Positions 28,001-40,000 of a DNA stretch of 64,000 nt are shown here, one piece after another. The DNA is from Zootoca vivipara (taxonomy: Eukaryota): positions 43,276,001 to 43,340,000 of the forward strand of contig NC_083276.1 of NCBI RefSeq assembly GCF_963506605.1. The letters run 5' to 3'. The notes under the pieces are model-generated. The model did no database searches. It saw only the letters and a program-made list of their open reading frames with translations, and was not told where the DNA came from. The position numbers and the translations under genes are program-made. Position 1 is the stretch's first letter. Each line of letters opens with the position of its first letter.

Positions 28001-31000
28001 AAACATCCAGACGTGATGTCCAACATGGTAGAGCTCTGGAAGCAGCAGCAGGTGGGAAAGGTACCGCAAACTGCATGGAACCAGTGTGATCAGGAGAAGA
28101 ATGACAAGCACTCCAGTCGCATCCTGAGCACTGCTTGCTGGAGATGAGCGACGACTGGGCACCAGCACTGCTGTAACCATTGTACTGAGGATCTCTGTGA
28201 AGTGCAGGACGCGCTGACTTGATGCCAGGAGGATTAACACAACTGTTGTCTTTCCCGAAACCATTCCCCTTATCTGTATGTGCCAAGACTATATCCAGCC
28301 TTGAGCTGTAAACCTCAGAAGATAGCGAGTGAGACGGTGAGATGTCATTTCCTGGCAAGGTATCTGCGGGTGATGAATGAGTTGGAAAATACCAGGCTGA
28401 GTCTGATAAAATTGCTGCTGGTGGCATCCTCTGGAAAGAGCTGCCCCAGGCAGCTGATTCGGGGGCCAGCGATGGGGTCATTTGACTGGAAGACAACATA
28501 ACTTCCACAGTTGAAATGTAGATGGGTGTGGTCGAAGTCTTGCTGCGATGGTCCGGGAATGACATCCTGCAGTTTTAATCCTAAACTCGGAAGACCAAAG
28601 CTGGAGACGCTTCTGTGCTCTGTATTTTAAAACACACTTTTCATCCTTTTTCTGTTGGCACTGGAAATTTCCATTCTCTCTTGGGTGTGAAGGAGAGGTG
28701 AAGAGCAAATAAATATTTCTCAAAAAAAAAGAGAGAGGAAGTGATACAGAATCTGCAACTGAATGGAGGAGGAGAAGCAGTATTCCTTCAGCACAACTGG
28801 CGGTATTTATCCTGTCTGCAGCATGTCAAAAGAGTGCAGGAAGCAGACAGAGAGATGAGCGAGAATGAGTCTCTAAACTAGTAGCGATGAGGCAGAAGTC
28901 AAACCAGAAATGCTATCCAAAGATGGATGCTGACCTTATTACAATTTCTCCAGATAAACGGATTAAGCGCCTAGCTCACCAGCACTTCCATTGCCTTGAG
29001 AACAGCAGATCGTAATGTGCTCTGCTGCGGTTAAAAGCAAGAGAGCTGTATTCCTCTCCCTCTCTCAGTCACTGCCTATCTGCACTCAGAATAGCAAGAT
29101 CTCTGTTTAACAGGTCTTAGAAGAATTTCCTACAACCGTTCCAAGTAATGGCACACCAGAAAGTCAGTAATAAAAAAGATAGATGTTTGCCTAATTTCCT
29201 CCATATGTGCTCTTATTTACTTTAGAACCAAGCACTCCTAGGCTAAACCTTGCTGAAATCCTTCGAAGGCTTAAGAAACTTGGATGTAACCTAAGATGCT
29301 GGCACACAGTCAACGCCATCACACTGGCACAGGGAACGAATGGGGGAAAGTTCTCATTCAGAATACTGCTGAATGCTTTTCACTATACACCACCGCAGGG
29401 GTAGCCTCTGTATCAAGGTATGCACAGCACAGCCCACGCGCAAAATGATGAACAGCTTGGGCTCTGCTTGTATCCACAGTGATTATAAAAAACAACAACA
29501 GCTATTCACATTCATGTGACTGTGTTTGTGACACCATCAACACCCCTCCTACCCAAAATACAGAGAATGATGAATTGCACACTGCCAAGACAGACTGTTT
29601 TTCAAAAAGAGGATCACTTGAGCCAACCAAAACTGTCAACCTTTCTGCTAAAAGTAACTAGGAATTTCCACCTGAAGCCTTTGTGGACGCAGTGAGAAAA
29701 TGCAAATATTTAAATGCAACTTGGTCCTTCTAATGTGGGGTGGGGCCGGGGCCGGGAGAGTCAAGGTCATATAACCAGGACTGGTTCCCCTTCCCCCAAT
29801 TTCAGTTGTGCAAGAACTTTTTTTTTACTACTTAGCAAATGTCTAGCATCCTGAGAATGCATTACCTAGTGAGGTCTCAATGGAGAGCAGTGTGAGACCA
29901 AGGTTAGGGCCTCATACCTTCTCATTGCTCCTCATCAGTTCCTTTCACCAGTCTTGGAGCATGTTATCTTTGCTTTGTGATGTAGCTAACCGCTGCTATC
30001 ACTTTAAAAAGCTGCTTCCATCCCAAAGTAAGTATCAGTTGGGGGATTCTTATCAGGAAGAAGAAGAAGAAGAAGAAGAAGAAGAAGAAGAAGAAGAAGA
30101 AGAAGAAGAAGAGGAGGAGGAGGAGGAGGAGGAGGAGTTTGGATTTGATATCCTGCTTTATCACTACCCAAAGGAGTCTCAAAGCGGCTAACGTTCTCCT
30201 TTCCCTTCCTCCCCCACAACAAACACTCTGTGAGGTCAGTGGGGCTGAGAGACTTCAGAGAGAAGTGTGACTAGCCCAAGGTCACCCAGCAGCTGCATGT
30301 GGAGGAGCAGAGACACGAACCCGGTTCCCCAGATTACAAGTCTACCACTCTTAACCACTAAAATAATAATCTCAGGGTGGCAAGGTCCCCATGAGAGAGA
30401 CGGGAAGCACAACTCAGCAAGTCTAATGACTATCATAGGGTTCTCTACAAAATGTAGCAAATAATAGCATTAGTATCGATCCAAAATGAAAATAAAATAA
30501 TAATCCTGACAGGCAGTGTTGCAGCTATCAAACCATCTTGTAAGGAGATCCTCACGATAAGACTAGACTGACCAGACTGATCTGGGTTATGATCCAAACT
30601 GAATCTGGTGAGTCCTCTTTAGAATCCATGTTCTATAAACTCCTCATCATTCCCTAGGGAGAGGTAGGGCTAATGGAAAAGTAGGGTTTTAAGTGATACA
30701 CCATGTGGCTTGTTGCATTTTGCAGCAAAGGTCCAGTATGGTGAGTTGTATTAACATGGCATCAATGGCATGAGTATGTTAAATACATTAGCAACAGAAT
30801 AAATAGATGAGAATGCGGAAAAAACATGGCATCAGTGAGCAAATGCACTATTACATCCTTAGTACGTAACTGTTTAGGAACTTTCCACAAAACGTTCCAC
30901 ATTTATAAGTCTGGAATGTGCAAAAGCTTCTCTAAGAAATGTTTCTTGTTTTATCAAAACTGTTTTGGCTTCCTCTGAAATTCCTCAGATGTTTTGCCCG

Positions 31001-34000
31001 AGGGGGAAACTTCACTTTGAACACAATGAAAACTTTTAAGTACAGATGTAATAGGTTTCAAAATCACCACCCACTGTGAATCATAAAAAGGTACATTTTA
31101 TCTAATAAACACTCTGCATTTGAAGGCAAGTTCTTGGCTAAGCCTGATCAAGTAAACGCCAAGGCACCATTAATATACAGTGTACCTCGCAAGACGAATG
31201 CCCTGCAAGACGAATGCATCTTGCGATCTGATGGTGACTCGCAAGACGTATTCATTTTGAGAAAAATTTGTCTTGTGAATCACGGATTACCATAGGAATG
31301 CATTGAAATTTAATTAATGCATTCCTATGGGCAAAAAAAGAAATTTCAATGCACTCCTATGGGAAACCGCGATTTGCAAGACGAATTTTTCGCAAAATTA
31401 AATTCGTCCTGCTAGGTACCACTGTATCTATTTTTATGCACACCTCTTAATATATGTATTTTTGTAAACATTGTTTGGTTGGTTGAAACATTTGGATAAA
31501 ATGTGGTCCTCCAGAGGTCGCTGGACTATAATGTGTGTTATCTCTGACCATTGGCCATGCTGGCTGGGATTGATGGGAACTGCACTCCAAAAACATTTGG
31601 AGGGCTACAGGCTCCGCATACCTTTACTAAGAAAAGGCAAGGAACAGTAGGGCTCGTGCAGCCCAACCAGAGGTGTCCGGTGAAACATGGGGAGTTTCCT
31701 ATTCTTTCACCCACTCCCTTCACTGGCAGAGCCCTGCAGCCACTGCTGGGCCACTTCCACTGCAGATGATGTGAGCTGGAAGCAACAGGATTCCCTCGGC
31801 AGCTTCAGCTGAAGCTTAGTCCTCTGAGGTTCCAGCTACTCCTCTGTTTCCGGGACAAGGGCTTGATTTCAGTGTATGCATAAGTTATGATGCTTAGGAA
31901 TTGGAACCTTGACCCATTCCTTCTAGGGACGGTGCTAAACTGGGTGAAGCAACTGCTCCCTGAACATTTCGAGAGCTGTAGTTGTGTTACGTTTCCTGTA
32001 TTGTTTTAAATGAGACCATCTTGGCTGTGAGCCCTGGAAGATCTGCACCCTGCCTTGATGGCCTTTTCCCATCTGGCCTGGGAGGGTGGAGTGCTGACTG
32101 ACCATAGCTGTCAAGTTTTCCTTTTTCTTGCGAGGAAGCCTATTCAGCATACCGTAAGGGAATTTCCCTTAAAAAAAGGGAGAACTTGACAGCTATGTGA
32201 CTGACTCCAGCCACAAAAGCTGAGGCTGTGGAACAGATTCTTGGGCTGGAGTATTGTTTACGGGGAGTTGGGAGAGCTTGTTGCTGTTATTGATATTATT
32301 GTTGTATCGTTAGTTTTAGATCTTATGATTTATGTGGAAATTGTTTCCATTTGGTTGTGTACTTTTTGATGTATTTTATTTATTTACGACTTCCTGTTAT
32401 GTTTGTAATTATGTAAATCTTGTCATGTTGTAAGCCGCCTTGAGCATAGTTTCAACTGTGGAAAGGTGGCATACAAATAAAATGATGATGATGACGACGA
32501 CTAGGCATTGATTATTATTGGTGCTCATGGTGCCTTGGTCAGTGGAGGTGCACTAGGGGTGGGGAACCTCTGGCCTGTGGGCCAAGCTGGGTCCACCAGG
32601 CCTCCCTTTTAGCCCACTAGGTTATTTAGGGCAAGTGATGATTGAAAGATGAGCAGCCCTGCCCACCTGCCAGGGGTGTGGAGATCTGACCGTCCGGCCA
32701 GAAGAGGTTCCCCACCTCTGAGGTAAACCATAGCCATTGTGGATGTAGCCATTGATAGCCTTATCCTTTTTTAAAGTCATCCAAGTTAGTGACCATCCCT
32801 ACTTCTCGAAGGATCAGATTCCATAGTTTAACTATGGATGCCACGAGATTCTGCTGTTTTATGTCCAACATTGCCACAACAAGCATGTGTGTGTATGTAT
32901 ATACAAGGGAGATGACAAGGCTTGCCCCATCCAGCTCTTCTTCGCTTCCCATCATACTACCACCATTTACCTACCTCTTGTGAGTTTGAGATATTTTCTA
33001 GGTGCTCGCAGTCCCTGTAAAACATCTGCAGAAGGTGGATCTTCTCCAGCCATTCCTTCTTCTCTGCCCACTTGCGGTACACACTGTCCTTTTCTTCCAA
33101 CAGTGCCTGCAATGTGCCTTGGATCTGATATAAGAAAACAACAGAAAATGTCCATGAGAATCCACAAAACAGTATGAGTGATGCTTGTTATGTGAGTGAT
33201 GACTTGGCTATGCTACTAGGGCTCAGGATTTTGGTGAAAAGGAAACAACTGTCTGTTTTCACAAACCTGGGTCTGGATATGTTTCAGTAACCCATTTTCC
33301 CTCTGAGGAACATCCAGTCATTATGATTGTATCTTTACTGCTCTTTAATTGCAGCACATACACAAAAGGAATAACTGGGTAGGAAGACAACTTCTAGAAA
33401 CACTGGTGAGCAATGTGTGTTGATGAGGAGTCCACATTATGCCTACGTACGTCTTTTGTTGGCATTTTCTGTTCCAGCAGCAGTTCTTGTCCCAGCTGTA
33501 GAACCCGTTCATACATGTCACCACGGGCCTCAATCTCTGCCAACAGCTGCTGGTGCTGAGTCAGCTCCAGATCACTAGTAGAGATGTCTCGAATTTTGTC
33601 CTTCATCATCATTTCTCTCATCATTTCTGATGCCCAGGAGGAATAGTCTCGTGCCTGAAAGCCAAGACAAAAATAAAAGATGACGGTCAAGGATTATGAA
33701 TGGCATCCACCTGTGCCATGCTCAGACCCACTGAAAACAATGGGCGTATCTGAAGTCCATTGGTTTCAACAGGTCTACTCCCAAGTAGGATTTAGTTGGA
33801 TTTAACCACTATAGCTTGGATTGGCAATGTTGAATTAATGCATGGCAAATGAAAATGACAGCTAGAATAAGCCGCCTGTGGCTGCTTGTGGCACTGATGA
33901 GAGTTTCATAGCCTGCTGCTGGGAACAGACATCCCTTTCTTTACATGGAACTTTTGTGGTCACTCTGTTTTGCTCTTGCAGTTTCTCTGAAGCCAGAACT

Positions 34001-37000
34001 CAGAAGGGGTGTCCCTATACTTATTGCAGATGGATTAACACCAGTGTTAATGTCATGACGTGCTGTTCCATAGAACAAACACCCTGGTAAACAATATGCA
34101 AGCAGTGCAACTCTGTATTTTTACAGTGATATTCTGGGATTTTCTGTTTGCAAATGGGAGAATAAATCATCCAGTTTTCTTTTCTGATCCACTTAAAGTT
34201 TCTAGGGGATGACTTTTCCTCTGTGAAAATTGTTTGTTCATCCGTCTCTTTCTCTGTATACATATGAATGTGTGTTCTCTACTGATTGCCACTGGTGTGC
34301 TACCTTTGACTCCCTGTCTAACACTTGCATGTCATTCTCAGAGGCCAAACACTGCATTTCCTTTGCTATACGGCATCACTAGTGCTTTTTAATTTTATTT
34401 TTAAGGAAAAAAAGTGGTGGTACTCACAAGGAAGTTGTTACAATAAGTGCCACAATTTTAACATTGGGGGGGGGGGGGAAGTGCCGTACTGCATATCCTT
34501 GAGTAACCCCAGGGGGAAAAAAGCACTGAGCATCATTGATATAAGCATGTACAGGCCTCATTATCTTCTCTGTCCCCTAAGCAACTCTTATATGACTCCT
34601 AATGCAGATTACTGCATTAGATATATTAATGCACCCACCAATTAACTCTGTGAAATTAGGGGTTTTTTGTGTGTGTAATTGAGAAGTGCAGAAAGAGTCT
34701 GATGAAAGATTGACTTCAATTTCTACCACACTGAAATGCTCACCTGTGTTTGAAAGTGGTACAGTCTGCAGGCTTGCTCCAACTGCTCCCTGCATTGCTC
34801 CACTTTGCACCTCAAGGACTCCCAGTTCTCTACCACTGCCTGCTGCTTCTCTTGTATCTCCTGCATTTGACTTTTGGAGCACCGGCAAAGCACGCCATCT
34901 GCAGCATCAATCAGTTCCTGCAGCTGCAAAAAAAGAATAAGGAGGATGCCATAGCACATGTCCAGGAAGGGAGAGCACCAGAGTCTCATACTCAGCCTTC
35001 TTGAAAAAAACCTAACCTAATAACACAGCTATCAAATTATATTGTGGAGAGGTGTGTAACTCCCCCCCCCAAAGTGTTTTTATTCTATTTTCACAACAGG
35101 AAATTCAATAAACTCAATGGTGGCAGGTCATATAAAAATGAAAAAGCAGTACTTTTGTCATGCAAATGGGAAGATTTGTTCTACAAATGCCTACTTATTG
35201 TTTTGGAATGCACCATCTTACAAGATAATGAGCAAATTATGAGATGCTAGAATGGGCTTTGGCTTCCAATTGCCACCTGCAAACTGCTATGTATCTTACC
35301 TGTTGCTCATTCCCAGACAGTTCATGCTCGAGGGTTGCAAGTTTGCGTAGCTGAGACTGTACGCCACCTAGGTCTCTAGCAATGTCATCAGGGATGGCCT
35401 TGGACTTCTCCTAATGAAATAATATGGGGAAGCTTGCTGTTAATGGGTTCATTATTTGAAACAAGGTGTAAATATATTATTATTATTATTACTACTACTA
35501 CTACTACTTCATTATAAATCACTTCCTATGAAGCATCTTGAAGCAATTTCAGAATACACTAGACACACATATAAAACAATTATATAGATAAAATCAATTC
35601 CAAATAGAATAGAGATACAGACTCAGATAAAAATCTGCACTTGTTGAAATCGGGAAATTCTTCAGCAGGTGCCAAAAAGACAATGGGAGTGAGTTCCGAA
35701 GGGGAAGGGCCATCAAACTAATTTATCATCCCTGCATTGTACAGATTGGGTCTCCTGATGAGATGGTGTCCAAAGGAGGCCCCCTCATGCAGTGTACATC
35801 AATCAGTTGGTATGTAAGTAGGGTTGCCAGACTCAATAGAGGACAGGACTTCTGTGCCTTTAATTGCTCTGCTCTCTTTTGAGTCTGGAAACCTTAAAGA
35901 GAAACCAGCAGACCCTTTGCTTGGAAATTAAACAAAGGGTCTGCTAGTTTCTCTTTAAGGTTTCCAGACTCAAAAGAGAGCAGGGGAATTAAAGGCACAG
36001 AAGTCCTGTCCTCTATTGAGTCTGGCAACCCTATAGGTAAGGGATGAGACAATCTTACAGGCATGCTGGTCCCAAATGGTATAGGGAAATGCAAGGCTAA
36101 GCTACAGTATATGTGTCAGAACAGCCAGATGTACTAATGTACATATTGTTCCCATTACCATATAATTGGAGGCTGGGTTGTGTGCCTGTTTTTTTCATAA
36201 AGGGAAGCACACTGATGAGGAGAGCTAAACTCTTCCCACCTTGCCTCACAGCACCCCATTGCATAAAATACTTTGTTCCCCAGCCCAGCCCTATTGCTGG
36301 AATTGAGTCAGTCTGAATGAGGTTAGGGAGGGGAGAGTTTATCACCTTCATCCAGGAAAACCAATTACCAAGCTTGGGATGTGCATGGAGCAAGTGTGTG
36401 AATGAATAGCTTATTTAAATTAATCAACTGCTGTTTTTCTGTTTTCTTTTGTTTTTACATGTTTATGGCCTATCTATCATCTATCTATCTATCTATCATC
36501 ATCATCTATCATCTATCAATCTATATCATACTGTAATTTTACATTTCATTGTTGTTACTGGCATGGCCTGGTTGGACGCAGAGGGAGGAACCAGATGGGG
36601 AACCATCAAGGGAAGAAAGCTCAGAGCCTGGGTAATGGTGGTGGGACAACAATGAGTGGTCAGAGGGAGAAGCCTGGGAAGAGGAGGTGTCAGAAGCTGA
36701 AGAGGTAACAGGGCTTAGTGAGCTGGGAGAGTCTGTGGCAGAGAGTAGCTCAGAATCAGAGGCAGAAGCTGAAGCCTGAGAGTGGGAGGCCAAGAGGCAG
36801 AGATGAATCAGGCTGCTGAAGAGCCACAGGTGCCTCTCCCTCCTGCTGTGACAAACTCCCCTCCATGCTTGTTTGCCAGAACAAGGAGGCATGAAAAGGG
36901 TGGAAAGGTTGGCTGCACAGTCTCCAATTGCTTGAAAAAAAGCCCTGGAGAAGAGGGGACTTAGACGGCCATGAAGAGATGGGGACTTTCAGTCTTGGTA

Positions 37001-40000
37001 AACTGATTTTCATGGAGGAAGACCACCAGGAATGATCTGCTCTGCTCATTAGGCCTGACACTCGTCCACGTCAGTGGAGATTGTGTTTTTGCTAATAAAG
37101 AGTTAACTGCATTTTTGAACTGTGTGATTTCTGACCAGCACACTCCTGTGACAGTTATCCATATAGGGTGCTAAGTATGGGAAAGCTGGGATAGATTATG
37201 TTAATGCATATGCATAACAATCTTCTCTTCACAGCTAATGTGGCCCTCAAAGGATTCAGTAGATGGGCAGAAACAAAATACCCAATCCATATATTTTCCA
37301 GCATGATTATAACCTCAGTATGGACAAGGGCTTCCATCAGGTCTTGCAGACACTTGTGTATTGACTCAGCATCTTGTAGTCGTTCACCTCGAAACTTTAT
37401 CATCTCCAGCAATTCATCCCAATTGTTCCTGATGAGGGAAACAGGTTGAAAAACGTGAAATGGAACCAGTGCTGGTTCTAGTTGTTTATGCATGCTGAAG
37501 GCATCTTTAGACAACTCAAAATATTGTCGATCCCAGGCTCATAGCTTAGCAGTCCAACAACAAACACATGCTATAATCCAGCGATGAGGGTCTGTCAGTG
37601 GGCCAGCTCCTTATCTCCTCTCCTCATAATTATATCAGGTGATATAATTACACCTTACATCATCATTGATCACTGAGACTTCACAGCAGCATGCAGGATT
37701 GCAAACAGACCTGCATGGTGCTTTGAAGTGCCACTGATTAGTAGACTTGAAGTCATCACCTATCAGGTGATGGGCGGTGACTTCAAGCCTGCTTTTTGCA
37801 AGGAATGACTACATGATCAGGTTCCTCATGGGGAACTCCACTGCACAGCTGATCCAGCCACATCTCTGCTTGCCTGACATATGATGTCAGGTGTTGGATA
37901 AATGGGTGTGGTTTGGGGAAAAACAGCCTCATGGGCCAAATTGGCCCATAGTCTGGAGGTTCTCGACTATGAACCATAAGACAAGCCTTGGTTAGTTACA
38001 GTTCATGTTTTGTCTGGAGATATTTAAACCATGAGCCTGAGTTTGAACGACATGTTAAGTGTCTAGGAATGACTAGGGAGGAAGAAAGCAGCCATGGTTT
38101 CCTCTCACCCACACCCATGTCCTGAGTGTTTCCTTTTTTCCTTGTTTGTGCTGAGCCACTGCTTGGCTTAGTGTTACATGAAAACTGGGCTGGTATGCAT
38201 AGTTTTGTAACTATTGCTTGCTTTTCCTCTAAAGAAGAAGTCCTAAACAATGCAACCTTTCTTCAAGGTAACACAGTTAGCTAGGAAAGGTCCAGCCTCC
38301 TACAACAGCTGTAGCTAGTTCTGTCCTCCTTTACCACTTCCTGTTCCTAGGCAATAAATGCATATGCATAAAGTGGTGCTGGGAAGAAGACTCCCTTTCC
38401 ACTGTTGTCTTAGGGGACAAGGCCAGTCCCCTATGCACACATCTCTAAAGGGTCAATGAAACAGTTCTTTGGAATGATCAACTCTGTCAGCTGATCAGTA
38501 TTTCACAAGTTAGTGATAAATAAGAAGGACCAGCTTTGTGTGTCAAAGAAACCATAATGAAGATCATTTCAGAAAGCTCTTGGTCTTTGAGATCTTTCTT
38601 ATATATTATTTAATTAGCACGGATCTGGCTGTGGCTATTTCCTATTTCCCTGCCAGAAGGTCTCCTCTTACCGCAACTGTTTCTGTTTCTTCCGAATCTC
38701 CCGGGAATCGAAATGGCCACGATCCACCATATCCTCTGCTAGCTGATAGGATGCAACAACTCTCTTGGCAGCAATTTCCATCTGGTGCTGGAGCGTTTCA
38801 TATTTGGCACAAAGATGCTTTCAGAGAAAACATTGAGTGAGAAGGCAGAAGAAATACGCACAGTTCACACACCTCCACACAATTAGCTATCAGCTAATGT
38901 TCCAAACATTCTGTTCCATTCTGTGTTGCTCTGACTTTTCATTCGAGTAAATCTAGCAATAGCTCAGCCTTCTTCAGGTGAGTTAGTATGGCTCCTATGG
39001 CTCAGATGCATGACTTGTCAGGAGCTGCGTGTTTAATATTGTGGCCACAATTTTATGGAAATCCCTCCCAGTTTAGGTCAGACTGGCCCCAATTACTACT
39101 ACTACTTCTTATTCTTCTTCCAGCAGACTTTTAACTTCAAAATGAACTCATTTTTAGTTTCATTGTACTGAGTCTCCTGGATACTGCTTAGAGACTGCTG
39201 TGATTCAGGGGCATAGCAATGGTTGAAAATAAGTAAATCTCACAATGTAAATTCAAAGTATGTGGGGGTTCAATGGGCTAGTCCAGACATGTTCAACTAG
39301 TCGACCACAATCGGCAGGTACCCTGGGTGATCCTGGTTAATTGTGGGATCCTTATTGATCGTGGGATTAAAAAAACTGGGGAATGAATGTCTCCCCCCAC
39401 CCCCCTCACTCTGTCCTTCTGTCACGTCACGTAGGAGTTCGTTTGGTGTCTGCTTTTGAGCTGCGTGCATTGGTTAGCGGCGGATTTTTTGTTGAGCGAT
39501 TTATGGCATTCCCCCTTTGAAAAAGCTCAACAACTCTGGGCACTCCTTCCTAGTAAAAGCTCAACAACTTTGGGCAATCCTCCCCTTGACCACCCACCCC
39601 ACTCATGCTCCTCCTTCTCCCAATGACAATGGGTAGATCACTGCCAGTTTTTTTAATACTGGGAGTAGAATGCAGTCTCTTGGGAGCTGGACATGCCTGG
39701 GCTAGTCTATAATGACTAGAACACTGCCTTTGACTTTTAAAGCTCTTCAGAGCTTGGGAATGGGATACCTGAAGGACCACTTGTCTCCACATGTCACTGC
39801 TTATCAACAAAGGCACTTTGTCAGGTGCCTCCATTATCTAAGGTGTGACAAGGGGTGGCTAAAGGGGGAAAGAACTCAGTTTCAGAACCCTGATTATGGA
39901 ATGCTATCTAGTGCAGGCATCCCCAAACTGCAGCCCTCCAGATGTTTTGGCCCAGAACTCCCATGATCCCTAGCTAACAGGACCAGTGGTCAGGGATGAT

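Noticed and set aside
27033-28679. 510-aa ORF as a giant in-frame cassette exon of SPTBN5
   Set aside because: In-frame stops precede the ATG. The only adjacent AG (ctgcag|G ATG) needs phase 2 while e18 ends in phase 0. The ORF terminates in TAG, and e18-e19 already join into a normal repeat.
29880-30222. Poly-Glu / poly-Leu / poly-Phe ORFs
   Set aside because: Translations of the (GAA)n(GAG)n microsatellite tail of a SINE.
36539-36892. 117-aa Ser-rich ORF
   Set aside because: Antisense reading of the purine-rich body of a probable solo LTR.
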